64,000 nt of DNA from the human T2T-CHM13v2.0 reference genome, Homo sapiens. The notes under the pieces are model-generated. The model worked only from the letters and a program-made list of their open reading frames with translations. It ran no database searches and was not told the DNA's origin. Below are positions 13,101-27,091 of the stretch, piece by piece. Position 1 is the first letter of the stretch; each line of letters starts with the position of its first letter. A program made the position numbers and the translations under genes. The DNA lies in the NCBI RefSeq assembly GCF_009914755.1, contig NC_060934.1; one strand, 5' to 3'.

Positions 13101-13689
13101 TCAGGTACACTGACCTCTCAAGGCCAATAAGCTACTCTTAGTAGCCCAAGCACTTCTGTTCTTACCAGCTGAATTGCTTACTTGCCAAGAGTCAGCTGTG
13201 TTTATCCTTAAATTTGTTTATGACAGGTTGATTGTAATGTAATAATCTAGTTTAACTATATACCACCTAAATCAATAAAAAGAGCACAAATTAATGGTCA
13301 GTTCTATGAAAATTCAGTTAAATTCTTGAGAAATATTGAAAAAGGTAGTCAGAAATAATTGCTGTCTACTTAGGTGGATGCCACAACGTGAAAGAGAGAG
13401 AGAAAAACCTGTAAACATTCTGCAACCAATTTACTTCATAAGTATCTTTATCTTCTTAATCCACTTTAAGGAAACAAACTGGAAATCAAAGGAGGTGCAT
13501 AATATTGTAGATTATGAAAGAAAGATAACTACAGGACTCCAATCGGAGAAACCATGCTCAAAAATAGGCGTTGGTCTCACATCAAAAGATTGGTAAGTAA
13601 GTGCACATTTACACATTTTAAGGTATAATAAAATGGTTGAAGAAAGCTTTCATTAATGATTACTCATTTTATCTGACTTTAAAACTTTT

Positions 13690-14330
13690 TAAAAATGTTA
13701 TTATAAATTGACAACTTATAATCGTATATATTTATGGGGTACAAAGTGAGGTTATGATTTATGAATACAATGTGAAATAATTAAAGCAAGCTAATTAACA
13801 TGTATATAACTTCAAATACTTAGATTTCTTTGGTGAGAACATTTGAAATTTACAAGTTTGAAATGTATGTTCCCATTTCCTCTACCCGCCAGCCTCTGTA
13901 ACCACCATTCTACTCTCTGCTTCTATGAGTTTGATTGTTTTAGATTCCACAAATAAGTGAGGACATGTAGTATTTGTCTTTCTGTGCCTGGCTTATCTTA
14001 GCATTTTTTCCAATTCCATCCATGTTGTTGCATATTACAGAATTTCTTTTTAAGTGCTGAATAGTATTCCATTGTGTATATGTACCACATTAAAAAAAAA
14101 ATCCATTCATCTGCTGATAGACACTTAGGATAATTCCATAACCTAGTTATTGTGAGTAGTGCTGCAATAAACATGGGAGTGCAGGCATCTCTTCGACATA
14201 CTGATTTTAAATCTTTTGGGTAAGTATTCAGAGGTGGAACTGCTGGATCATATGGTAATTTTATTTTTAGTTTTTTTGAAACTTCCATGCAGTTTTCTAT
14301 AATGACTGTCCTAATTTACATTTCCAGTGA
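13690..14330 (-). mobile_element. L1MA 3' end
   Basis: ORF 13998-14288 resembles the L1 ORF2 C-terminus (LPYDPAVP...CTPMFIAAL...MWYIYTMEYYSA). Confidence 0.88.
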
Positions 14331-14548
14331 CTTTTTAAAAAATTAAATTAACCAACTACCAGTCCTGGTTGTTGGATAAGAACGCTTCCATTTTATATAT
14401 GCTTTTTTCTTATCCTTTGTGTAAATGCAAAGTGTAAATGGCAACTTTTCTACTTGACCAATTTAAAAAGCTAAGAGACCTGCTGATATGTTAGCCAAAC
14501 CAAAATATACTCCACATATGACAGTAAGTCTATGCAAGCTCAACCTAC

Positions 14549-14674
14549 CTCATGTTCCAAAAACAGAGCTTTCAGTTGTCCTTTGGACCAAAAATCCATG
14601 GCATATGCCAGCAGCTTCATGGAGACCATATTGATTCTGAGAAAATTTCCAACAAACACAACTCTGTCTATGTT
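14549..14674 (-). CDS. PANK1: PANK1 coding exon 6 (126 nt, phase 0-0)
   Basis: Acceptor ttttttccag|AAC. Encodes [42 protein letters not shown]. Donor GAG|gtaggt. Confidence 0.97.
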
Positions 14675-15859
14675 CTGGAAAAAATATTAAAGAAAACAAT
14701 TGAATCATGGCATAAAAATAGCATTTGGCAAAGACCCAATGTTCTGTATGTCTCTGTACAGAACCTTGAAGAGTGAATATTCCTTGTTTTTTTGGTGGAA
14801 TTATTTCAACATCGCCAAAATGAAGTTAAACCAACCTTATAGTGCATTCCACAAGAACAAGAGGCTGAGATTTTTGTTGGGCAAGGCAGAAACTGATATT
14901 GGACTTATTTGCAGGTGTTATGTCAGACTGCCTTACGTCTGACATTAAGCTCTCAAAACATACGTATATATACAATTTTAACTGGAGTTCAAGTTCAGCT
15001 AAATTTTCATGTGTAATACCTCAATCCCCCAACTTCTAGGTATAAAATACTCTTATAACCAACTCACAAATAAAACGGCTATGGTATGGTTTATTTGTGT
15101 AATGAATAATGCTCAATTTGTTCTGTGCTGGACACTAGAAATACAAAGAAGAAAGAATACTCAGTCTCTGCCCTCAGGATATGTGGTGGAATATCCTGTT
15201 TGGCCAACACATGAGTTAAAATATGGTAACAAAAAATAATTCTATTTTTGTCATCATGGATGTGGCTTTGCATTCTGAACATACACTTATGAACATTCCT
15301 CTCCTATCCGGTTCATGCAGACATGCTTCAAATCCCGTAAGCTTCTAGCTCCAGTGCACTCGTTATACTTCCCACTCCCCGAGATATTTCTTAAGCTCAA
15401 ACTGGAGCTCAACCTGTCTACCATGCAGAGACTGCTCACCACTCACTCACTCACTTAGAGCCAGTTGCTATGGTCACTCATATCAAAGGCAAGAGAGTCT
15501 TTGAAGCTGGTATTATTTTCTGCTTAGTCTATCAAGAGTAATCAGGGTCTGGGAACATCACCTTTTAACTGCCTCAAGTTTTAACAATGAATGTTCATTA
15601 ACCCATTAGCCACTGAAAATTTTCCGTGGGTGGAGGAGTGGAGGTAGTTTTAATAAATTTTCATTAAAAAAAAAAACAAAAAACTAGCCACAAATCACCC
15701 AAACTAAGAGGTAGCAAGGAACACTCTAAGAAACTCAGACTAAAAAGAAATTTAATTAAATTGAGGAGTTTTGCCCTTTCTCCCAAAACAGGGGAGTCCA
15801 AGGGAGGATTTGCTCAAAGCCCAGTCCTGCATTACCCTAATAGAAAGTCAGAAGGAGTA

Positions 15860-17290
15860 GAAGTGGCATTAAAACTGGAAGAGCATTCCATGTTTCAAAT
15901 AAATTCCAGGTGGGTCAAAGATGTTAAAAAAGAAAAAAAAAAAAAGAAAGAAAGAAAAGAAAAAGAGATAGGGAAAAATATGGAAGAATTGGAAAAAAAA
16001 GTTGAAGTAGAAAATGCATAATAAAGGAAATCATCTCAAAATAATTGCTACATTTACTTTAAAAAGTTAAATTTATTCGGGGAAAAACATCACCACAAAC
16101 AAATCCAAACGGGAAGCAATAAATGGAAAATATTATCAGTACATTTCACATAAAATGGATTTGTTAATTAATAAAGAGTTCCATAAATCAACAAGAAAAA
16201 AAGTCCAACAACCCAATAGAGTAATGAGTAAATAATATTAATAGTTAATCCCAAAATAAGGTATAATTTTTAACCTATTACATTGAAAAAAATCAAAAAG
16301 TTTGATAACTCTGTGGAGAAACTTGTACCGTTATAACCCTGCTTGGTGGGAATGTAAATTAGAACCACCTTTATGGAGGGAACTTTATATCTGTTAATAT
16401 TACAATCAACATATCCGATGACTCAGCAAGTTCCCTTCTAGGAATTTATCCTATTGATATACTCACATGTAGGCAAAATAATATACATGTGTGTACATAT
16501 ATGTGTGTATACCGTATACAAATACACTGAATTTTTAAATAATAGTAAAAGACTGGAAAAACCTAAATATCATTAGGAAATTGAACAAATCAATAACAGC
16601 ATATCTATATGTTAAAATGCTATATGGCCATTAAAAATGAAGCAATTTAAAATATACTGATATGATCAATTTCAAGATGCGTTATTACGTCAAAAAGCAA
16701 AAGGCAGTATTTTTAGAGATGCTTATTAAAATATATAGGGTAGATTGATATAATATCTGGGATTTGTTTTCTAGTATTTTAGCAAAAAAGAGGGAAGAAG
16801 GAGAGAGGACCAGAGGGAGGAGGAAGAAGAAAATATAGAGAAAGCATGTGTTGTGAAGCCTTAATGATTGCAGAATCTGCACTGATGGATTAATGGAGGT
16901 TCTTTATACTGTTCTCTCTCCTTTACATATGTTTATGAATTTTCTTAATAAAAAGCTGATAAAGCAAGATATAGAATAGTATATGGAGGGTGAATTGTAT
17001 AGCATATAATTATATTTCAATAAAGCTATTATTTTGTAAAAAGAATGCTATATAGAGTTTGCTACCTTTGGAAAGATAAATGTATCCTACATTACATACA
17101 ATATAAACAAAGATATATTGTAATACGTACAATAAAAACAAACAAAAAAACCCTAAAAAAAATGGCAGCCTCTACTGAGGTTAACACTGAGAGACAGAAG
17201 TGGAAATGGTGACTCACTTCCTTGTGTATCCTTCTAATGTCTTAGAAGTCTGTATTATGTGTTTGTATTATCTATCCAAAAATTTGAATC
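15860..17290 (+). mobile_element. Old L1M (ME/MC) fragments
   Basis: aaataaattccaggtgggtcaaaga, ggtgggaatgtaaattag, cttctaggaatttatcct, aataaagct. Confidence 0.7.
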
Positions 17291-18224
17291 AGAAAATTTA
17301 TAACTGATGGGGAAGCATTTCACAGCATCTCAAGAATCACAGCAAAAATGTTTTAGATTTGGTAAACGTGGTGTCCCTCAATGAAATGGCTGCAATCAAA
17401 GGTTCTCAAATCAGTGACTCCAGAGAGCAAAGCAAGGACTGAGGGACTTGGTGGCTGCTCTCATGGGAAATGCAACACTGCCAGTCACTGGTGCGGCCAC
17501 TGGGAGTCTGCACTGACTGGACACCCTCTGGTAGAGCCTTGGCCCCAAGGCGACTGGTGATTCCCTTCACTCATTCAGCCCCACAGAAACATATAAAATA
17601 GTTGCTCAAACCAGTGTATAACATGGCTACATTTTCAAATTGGCACTCGCTCTACTCCACCAATCAACAATATTGAAATTGAAATCAAAAGTGAAAAGTA
17701 AAGTCAGTTGCTCTCTCCCAAAGGGATTCTGATGCCTGTGAAAAGACCTGCTGACCTGCTGGCTCACTCCAGCAAAAAGCACAAGAAGCCAGCTCTGCGG
17801 AAAGTAGGGGAAAGGGCATCTATTGCTCTGTGGGGCAAGGGTTGTTACCAGCTGACCTTTGAGAGCCCATGAGTACAGCCAACTACACACATATTGGTCT
17901 TGGGGCTTGTTTCATTACTTGGAAAAATTCCCTTTAAAGGTTAATGTCAAGAAATAAACTCTGTTACATTGAGTCCCATGACTCAAGTGGACTTTGAAAA
18001 AACATCTCTGGAATGCTCTTTTCTCTGAGTATCAGCCTCCCATTTAAACTCCGTCTGAACTGAGGGCTTCCAAAAAGGTATATCGCTGATCTGCAGGCCA
18101 GTAACATACTCTGTTCAGTGTTATGCAAGGAGAGTATGTTTTTTGTCAACCCAGAACTCAAAGGCAGGGCTAACACCCATGTATCATAAAGACTGCCTCA
18201 TACACTAACATTCAACTATTCAAC

Positions 18225-18385
18225 TGAGAGGGGGCTCAAGGGGCTTTCTGAGTACCTATAATGTTCTATTTCTTGATCTGGGTGATGGCTATACAGGGTT
18301 GCTTGTGTGTGTAAATTAAACTGTAAGCTTATAATTTGAGCCTTCTTCTGTATGTATGTCACCTCTATTAAAAGCTGTATTTATA
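18225..18385 (+). mobile_element. L1ME 3'-end fragment
   Basis: aatgttctatttcttgatctgggtgatggctataca. Confidence 0.65.
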
Positions 18386-18643
18386 AAAACTCCATTACAG
18401 ATCTACTGTGGTTCTTTAATACTCTCCTATGACCTGTTCCATGCCTCAACTCCTCTTTCCTGTCTTTCTAATATACCTCAGTGTGAAGAGTTCTACTTTA
18501 TACACCTTGTATTTCAGAAAAGGTTCAATTTTTTCCAAACGAATCTTGCAATGCTTCAAAACATGTTAATACAACTTTGTATGTCACCAGCTCCACCCCT
18601 TTTTGTGCCTGGGACTCTGGCTGGCCTTGGCTGTAGCAAGCTC

Positions 18644-18724
18644 TCTGTGCTTTGATAGCCCTGTACAATGCTGCTTGAACTCCATGCCACAAGGCAACAC
18701 TGTAAAGAAGCTGAAAGCAGAGAG
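18644..18724 (-). ncRNA. MIR107: microRNA-107 precursor hairpin in PANK1 intron 5; mature 3p AGCAGCAUUGUACAGGGCUAUCA at 18653-18675
   Basis: Minus strand reads CUCUCUGCUUUCAGCUUCUUUACAGUGUUGCCUUGUGGCAUGGAGUUCAAGCAGCAUUGUACAGGGCUAUCAAAGCACAGA, which matches the known miR-107 hairpin. Arms are complementary. Same strand as the host, about 370 nt downstream of the exon 5 donor. Confidence 0.98.
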
Positions 18725-19072
18725 AATATCGAATATTGCAAGTCGAGCATTTTACCTGCAGTTATGTGCAAGGATGCTCAGACCTTTTCCTCACATTTCA
18801 GTGGACACATGGCAATAATGATGGTTAGAGAGACTATGACATGGGTTGTAATTGTATCCTGTTTCCACAGGTGAATGGTTTATCATTCATTATCATCCAG
18901 TGCCTTCTTAAAAATAAAGCATATATTCCTCCCCCTCCCCCAACACACACCCCTCCTGTTCTGTAAAGTGTGACTAGAGTAAAGGGAAGCTTTCCTAAGG
19001 ATATGTAGTTGTGTAAGAGTCAACAGGTGTTGCACTGCCAAGATGATGTATATGAATGACACACAGCTTTCA

Positions 19073-19231
<159 letters not shown>

Positions 19232-19710
19232 TCAGCGAGAGTGTTCAAAATCGTCCTCAGGCAGGGCCCATCCTTCCACCAAAGTATTGTGGAAGGCTCT
19301 ACGAGTAACTGTTCAAACTCAAGTGATCCAATTTTGCTACTATGGTTTATAAGCAGACAGAATTATAGTATGCATGGCTGACCGCCCTTTTCTTAATAGG
19401 GACAAAGTAGCATGTCCATTAATGGGGGGGGGAAAATTAATGCCTCTAGATATCTGGACAAGAATGGAACAGGTGAAACTATTGCAGTTTTCTAGAACCT
19501 TCTTTCAAAGTTGCCTTATTTTAAGAACAAGCATCAAGAGCTAAACATCTCAGTGCTTCATCAAGGGCAGGAGATCAAGTCTGAGCTCTGATACAACAGG
19601 TATCTGCACCAGGCTGGTGGACTGACATTTTAAAACAACTTAGTGAATGGCCAGGGTGGAGAGGCTGCCTTGTGTTTAATCACTACTGCTCCTAGCTACT
19701 TAATCTCTAC

Positions 19711-19887
19711 CTTGATGCTACAGCAGATCCTTGAAGGCCAAATCGTTCATAGTCTCCTCCGTAAATGTCCTTCACCAGTTTATCAACATTGGTGCTGTCG
19801 CCTTTAGCTGCCATTTCCAGAGCTTCTTCAAAGGTCTCACAACCAGTCAGCAAGCAACATAGGCCTAGGAATGTTCCACCTCCAAGA
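19711..19887 (-). CDS. PANK1: PANK1 coding exon 4 (177 nt, symmetric phase 2-2)
   Basis: Acceptor ttccttcag|T CTT GGA GGT GGA ACA. Encodes (S)[58 protein letters not shown](S). Donor AAG|gtagag. Confidence 0.97.
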
Positions 19888-21056
19888 CTGAAGGAATAAT
19901 AAGGTTTATTTTTAAATTTTACTTTAAGATATGCCCATCCAAGTCCCCAACTACGTCAAGACTATTAATATGGGTGAATAAAAGCAGACGAACAAAGGGG
20001 CACTTGAATTAAAGTGCTAGGGTGCAACAGAGCTTTAGGGTAGACTGGATATGAAAAGAGGGCAGAGACTAAAAATAAACATCAAGGAAAATTTGCCCCT
20101 AAATTTGAGAACAAAACCAAAGAAAGACTCTCACTGATTTCTGTTGTGAGACCTTCAACTAGCCACTAACCTGAGTGCTTTGTTCAGCCTTCCCACCTAT
20201 GAAATGGGGCCAAATCATGATCTCTTCTATTTGGGTGGTCTGAAAGCAGCAAATAACCAAGAAATAACTCCTATTAAAAAACCATATGCAGCTGAATATA
20301 AATACCTAGAAAAAGAATTTGTGTGTACATAAAGCATAGTTCAAAGCTATGAAGCCAAACCCTCTGATGACAAAACTGACCCAGGATTGTGCCAGGAGTG
20401 GCCTGTCTTAAAAGCTGTGTTTTACCTGACCTTGCTTCTCTAGCAGAGATAATCTCATTTAGCCTCCTTGAATATTTCTAGAAAGGAACCACTGATCTGA
20501 TACTGAATTTTTTCCTAGTAGACTCTCCAGAAGGTTTTTAGTATATTACTTACCACTCCATAGTAAAAAACAGTAACAAAGGTCATAAAGTGGTTCCAAT
20601 GGTTGAACTACATTTAAAAAGCTTTGACTTGTTTAGAGGGAAAGTTCCTCTAAAACAGCCTAGACAAAATTAGAAAGTAATTACAGTAGCCAAGAATGAA
20701 CTCAATTGTGTATTAATATCAAAGTTACCTAATGGAAAGAAAAGCAGATTCAGAGTAAAGTATCGCCAGTGAACTCCCAGCAGGAAAAGGAGTATTGATT
20801 CCTAAAGCTAATGGACATAGGTTTTCCTATTTCTTTACCATGTAGAAGAGTAAATGAAGAAGAGCTGCTCACATCCATCTGTTCTGAAGCCCCAAAGAGC
20901 TACTAGCTTTGGAAATTCAATTTGTGTTTGAGCACTGGCTTTTACTTCTAAGAATAAAATCAATTTGGGATTAAGGTTATGTTTAATAATGTCAATAACT
21001 GTTAACAAGAAGGTACAAAACTGTAGATAGGTACATAGTTCTTGAAGATGCATCTA

Positions 21057-21372
<316 letters not shown>

Positions 21373-21435
21373 GAAATAGTGAAACTATGTGTAATATTCT
21401 TAAATTGTCATTTGTATAAAAGTATACTTGATTGA

Positions 21436-21719
21436 GGCCAGGCGTGGTGGCTTATGCCTGTAATCCCAGCACTTTTGCAGGCCAAGGTGGGTGGATCACC
21501 TGAGGTCAGGAGTTTGAGACCAGCCTGGTCAACACGGTGAAACCCTGTCTCTATTAAAAATACAAAAATTAGCCAGCCTTGGTGGCACGCGCCTGTAATC
21601 CTAGCTACTCTGGATGCTGAGGTGCGGGGATTACTTGTACCCTGGTGGAGGCTGTAGTGAGCCGAGATTGCACCACTGCACTCCAGCCTGGGTGACAGAG
21701 CCGGACTCCATCTTAAAAA

Positions 21720-21728
<9 letters not shown>
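21436..21728 (+). mobile_element. AluS
   Basis: Full Alu consensus. Confidence 0.95.

Positions 21729-21774
<46 letters not shown>
21729..21774. repeat. (TA)23 microsatellite on the Alu tail
   Basis: Uninterrupted TA run, followed by degenerate TA/CA to about 21820. Confidence 0.97.
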
Positions 21775-21775
<1 letters not shown>

Positions 21776-23928
21776 CTTCATTTACTAATATATATATGTA
21801 CACACACACATATATATATGATTGAAATTATGGGTTTTCATGGAAAATTATGTAGCTAGGTACCACCAGTAGCAGATACCCAAACTGTAGATGCAGTTCC
21901 ATGAGTAAAGGAAGAGGTCCATGTACATTATTACCTTCACAACTTAGTCACAGTACAAACTTTGGATTTCCTCTAAGAAAGTTTATCTTTATTCACATTT
22001 AATGCAGTATGTCATTCTACATTGCTGGTTTCAGCCTACCTACAAAACTACGGTGGGAACATGTTTTGGTTTGTGTGCTATTTGGATTTGTTTTGTTTTC
22101 TCCCTGTGTGTTTTTAGAAAGATGTCTTTGCTTCCATTTCTAGCTTCTAAATATCTGTCATCCCCATGAATAATCTTTCTTTGGACATTAAGGATTTGTA
22201 TCAATCGAGGCATTCAACAACCCACTCCAAAGGTAGGCAACTGAAGACACTGGCTAACTTAGAAAGAAGGTAACCCATTGGCTGATGTGTTGGTATAAAT
22301 GAAAAAGGGCAAGTGCCTTGTATGACTGGAAAATGACAGACAACTCCACATAAAGAATTGGAGCAAATGAGGTAAAGCGAGCATGCATTTGCACAGTGAG
22401 TGCACTGCAGATAGGAGGAAAGAATGCATGGCTGCAGAAGAGCCAAATGTCTCCCAGCACTTTATTAATATCCTTAACCTGCTAACCATTATTTAATCAA
22501 GTGATTTTCTTGCTCACAATCAGATGCATCTGTTTGTTTCAGTAGGCATACAGTAAAAACTCTCAGTATATCAGAGAGAAAAACAATGCAAGAAAAAGCT
22601 GTAGAATATTATCATCATTTAAAAATAAAACAAACAACATCATAGTGGGGGATGTTAGGAAACAGCAGAAGAAACCTTCAATTAAGTGCTCATGCCCTTA
22701 AAACAGATTCCAAAATAATGAGATGAGATGTACTGCTACTTTCACCAAAGTTTCAAAATTATCTGCATTCCTCTTTTAACAGATTACACATTCTACTGTC
22801 AGCTATGAAGTACTATTTCTTCCATTGACTTCTATAATTCGAGTTGTGTCACTAGGAAAAAAATGTTGCTACCCAATCTGGGATGCAACAAAATTATATA
22901 TAACACTGAAATAAACCATTTGAAATCATGTTTAAAAGGAAACTGACATCCTGTGTAGCTTCTTAAAAATAAACATCTTTAATGTTTAATGGGAAAATCA
23001 GGTATAATACAATAAGAAAAAACCTGGAGTGACAGCTATCAGTTCACAATAGGAGTAGCAAAACTTAAAGCTAAGCCATTTGCTAAAACAGTGGTTCCCA
23101 AAATGTGTTTTACACACTCATACTAACCATAGATACTAACTTCACTGCTAACTGTAATCGTTTATGTCAGAGGTTTCCTAACTTGAATTAAAAGAAACCT
23201 TTGGCAAAACAACTCTGGATCAGGATCACAGCCCCACAGACTTGATGTTTCATTCCCCTCCCTTCTCGTGGTAGCCCCTGAAAGGGTTCTCTATTAACCT
23301 GCAGGCTTCGGTAGCACCTTTCCAAAACTACTGATTGAAGAGAGAGTTTATAGGGAAGCTTGAACATCCAGACAGAATTTGTTGATGACTGGAGAATACT
23401 GGACATTAATGGGCATTTACCAATATTTATAGACATTATTACACACATAATAGAAGCCAAACACCACAGTTTGCTTCTTTGCAGCTATCCAAGATGACCC
23501 AGATCTGCGGAGCCTCCAAGTTTAAGAAAGTGTACCTGTGATGTAATTCATTAAATTGTTAAGTGTTAATAAAACTAGATATCTCTAATGGTGAACAATG
23601 TATAGCTTGCTGTTACCTTGGGACTAGCTTTACCAATTCAATTACTCCTTCTGGGAGGCGGTCTGTAGTTGTTTAAAAATTATGTTTATCAAATCACTCT
23701 CTAATGTAAAACCAACTCAGCTGAAATATTCATGTCTCTGATATTCCTGACAGTCCTCATGAGGTCACGGAGTCAGTTTTGTTTCTTGTGTGAGCAAGCA
23801 AACTTCTATATTCTCAATGAGAAAATGTATACTTGGTAGCAATTAACTTACAAAACAAAGCCTATACTCTGGACACAAGTAGGTTTCAATTAGAATGTGT
23901 GTGTGTGTTTGTGTGTGTACATGCATGC

Positions 23929-24121
23929 CAGGGTTTCTCAACAGCAGCATTAGTGATATTTGAGGCTCAATAATTTTTTGTTACCTTATGTACTATAGGA
24001 TTTTGGCAGCACCCCTGACCTCTACCCACTAGATGCCAGTTGTAACAACCAAAGAAAAAAAGATGTCAAACATGTCCTGGGGGACACTGTTAAATCTTCC
24101 CCTCTTCAGTGGGGAACCACT
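23929..24121. mobile_element. MER20 (hAT-Charlie)
   Basis: cagggtttctcaac...ggcagcacccctgacctctacccactagatgccagt...gaaccact. Confidence 0.8.
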
Positions 24122-25151
24122 CATTTATCACAAGTCATGGAAATGTACTGCAAAAGCAATGTTCTCCTCCTAATGGGTGAGTAGTCCTGCAGAATTTCAG
24201 TACTGGAAAAAGTCTGTAGAAGCGATCTAAGAAACAGCACCCTTCATGGCAGAAATGAGGATACTGAGACCCAGAGAAGTGACACGATATCTGCATCTAT
24301 CAAAAACACTGGTTTCAACATCAAGTCCCAAAGCACATTCTACATGGCACTAATCTCCTAAGTTGTTCCTCTAAAAATGGGTTCTATGGTTCCACATGCT
24401 GGAGAAATGCTTCATATCAAATCCTCCTCCTAGAATTAAGGAAAACCTATTTAGTTTTGTTTACACTGTGATGTCTTAGAGAGATCTGACCCTAGATGTT
24501 TTTCCCATGTTGAATACCCGTTAACAGGAAGCTGAGCCCCTTGGCTCTTACATGGGCCTTGGGGTGTGTGCACTGAAAAACAAGGCCCTCTGCCCCACCA
24601 TGGCCATGGGGCTGTTTCCCTGTCTACTCCACTCCAAAATTCCCTAGGAGGTATGCTGACTATTCCAGTTTTCAGGTGGAGCATTTGGCTGAGGGTAAAA
24701 AAACATTCTTTGTAGACATAGTTTGGTTTGCTGTTTGGAATGGTATATTATTTCAAGCAAGTCACTCCGAGCTAGGCATCAATGAGGGTCCAAAAGAAGG
24801 TTCCTTCTGAAGTCATCTGTGACCATCCCAAGTATCCTTCCATCTGAATTCTACTGACCCTGCCAATCATTTGGCACTTAATGTATGCCTCCTTCTTGGC
24901 AAATTTCTGGTGTGTGCGATCCTTCTTCCCTCAACCTGACCAAAGTTTCTATCAAGGCAAGAACTGTTTTATTAACATTTATATAAATCACCCACATACC
25001 ACTTTAACACACCATTTGATAAATTCTTTTTGGTTGGCCAAGGAGGCCAAGATATTTCTTTTAAAAATGTATTCAATATAAATAACCTTTTACTATAAAC
25101 TGGTCATCAAGAAAGAGGTCTGGGTTCAAGCACAAGCAGAAACATGTTTAC

Positions 25152-25405
25152 CTGGTCCCTGTAACTCTTTTATAGTTGTCCTTGGAGTACACGGCTAGAA
25201 TGCTGACACCTGAGCCCATGTTAACCAGCAACATAGGGTATGGGTTATCAAGGCAGTACGGCTTTTTTTGACACAATTCAGGATTTGTGGGATTTTCAAA
25301 ATAGTAACATTCTGGCTTGCCGTTGAAGCCAACAGAGTCGACATAAAGCAGGCCCTGAATCAGACAGTCCAGTTCATCCAGTTTATGCAGCTGCAGGTCA
25401 GCAAT
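25152..25405 (-). CDS. PANK1: PANK1 coding exon 3 (254 nt)
   Basis: Acceptor ttttgttttag|ATT GCT GAC. Encodes [84 protein letters not shown](S). Donor CCAG|gtaaac. Frame is continuous with exons 2 and 4. Confidence 0.98.
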
Positions 25406-25658
25406 CTAAAACAAAACACACAACAAAATAAAACCTTGTGAGATAGGCGACCATCTAAGGGGAAGCCCCAGAGGTTTTATTTAAGATGGGGTCATTCACA
25501 TGAAAAGCATGGAGACACCCTTAAAACAAGTTGTAAAATCTTGCAGATAATCAGCCACTGCACTGGAAAAGTAGCCTTGGCTAGATGTCATACCTGCCCA
25601 CAGTGCATGCTAAAGGACAAGAGCTTGCCTGATTGTTTGAAATGCACCCATCAGCGTG

Positions 25659-26102
25659 TGTTGTGGGTTGAATGGTGGTCCCTGAAAGATGGCACTATGT
25701 CCTAATTCTGAGCACTTGTGAATGTGACTTTATTTGGAAAAAGGGTCTTTGCAGATCTAATTAAGTATCTTGAGAAGAAGTGACCATCCTGGGTTATTGG
25801 GGTGGGCCCTGAGTCCAATGGCAAGCATATAGACACACAGGAGAGATTTAAAAGATGCAAAGGAGAAGGCCATGTGAAGACAAAGGCAGAGACTGGAGTG
25901 CTGCTCAACAGGCCAATGAATGCTGACAGCCACCAGAAGCTGGAAGAGGCAAAGAATGGCATCTCCCCAAGAGCCACTGAAGGAAGTACGGTCCTGCTAA
26001 TGCTTTGAATTTGAACCTCTGGCATTAAGAACTACAAACGAATAAATTTCTGTTGTTTGAACCATTAAGTTTATTTGTTATAGCAGTGACAGGAATCTAA
26101 TA
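25659..26102 (+). mobile_element. MaLR solo LTR (MLT1B/C-like)
   Basis: tgttgtgggttgaatggtggtccc...gggtctttgcagat...aataaatttctgttgttt. Confidence 0.85.
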
Positions 26103-26269
26103 GGGAATGCTGCCAAGAAAGAGGTGCTTACACAGGGTGAGCAGACTGAGAATATTCAGAAAGCAACAAAAATGCTATACTTCCTTGGTAGAGCATGAAG
26201 TCCCGAGGGACTGGGAACTGGGGTGAATCACCTTTGAGCCCACAAAGCCCTACTCCCCTTTTTCCAGGC

Positions 26270-26945
26270 TTGGGCTCTGTAGTTAGATCTGGCTTTGAAT
26301 TCTAGCTCTAAAATTTACTTAACTGAATGATTTCTCAAACCTCAGTGCCCTCATGTGTAAAATGGGGAAGATAATAATAACATTCATTGCACACTGTTGC
26401 TGTGAAGATTACCTAAAAATATAGGTAAAGTGCTTACATAAGCCTTGGCAAATACAAAGCATTCAAAAAATGTTGGCTCTTTTATTAATGTCTGGGGTGG
26501 TCCCCAAGTGCCCTATTATGTTCCTGTGAGACAAAAATGTACAGGGGCAAAAAGGTAAAGGGGAATGACCTGGCTGAGGGCTAGGCTTAGGGTCTGGTAG
26601 CCATTTTGCCTTCTCAAAAGTTTAATTTATGATCCTCAAATATATTACTACTGGCCCAGAGATCTGGAAACATCATTTTCCATGGACCAAAGAAAGAAAA
26701 AAATCTAACAATCACCAACATGAAACTGAACAAATGAAGATAATTTAAGAGACCCAATATAAATTTTTAAAAAATCTCTTTAAAAATATAATAGCAAGTA
26801 TTTACTGTTTACTACATGCTAAACCCTTGTACCAGATTATTTAATTCTCCCTAAAACCCTAAAAGTTGGTACTATCAACCTTATTCTATGGTTAAGATTC
26901 ACAGAACTTAAATAACTTTCCCTAAGTGACACAACTAGCAAATAT
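26270..26945. mobile_element. MIR fragments (about 26270-26490 on +, 26790-26945 on -)
   Basis: cctcagtgccctcatgtgtaaaatgggg; atttactgtttactacatgc. Confidence 0.6.
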
Positions 26946-27091
26946 CTCCCAATGACTTGCTGTACTTCTCGTGTCTTCATTGTCATAATGGGTACTGCTT
27001 CTGGAGTCTGGAAACAGCCTACACAAGTACTAGACTCAGATATTTTGTCAAAAAGATATTATCTTCATTATAAAAGTTAAGAGGTAAAACG

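Noticed and set aside
18644-18724. Antisense (plus-strand) hairpin analogous to miR-103b
   Set aside because: The reverse complement of any hairpin folds. There is no sign of a plus-strand transcript here, and the G:U pairs become A:C mismatches.
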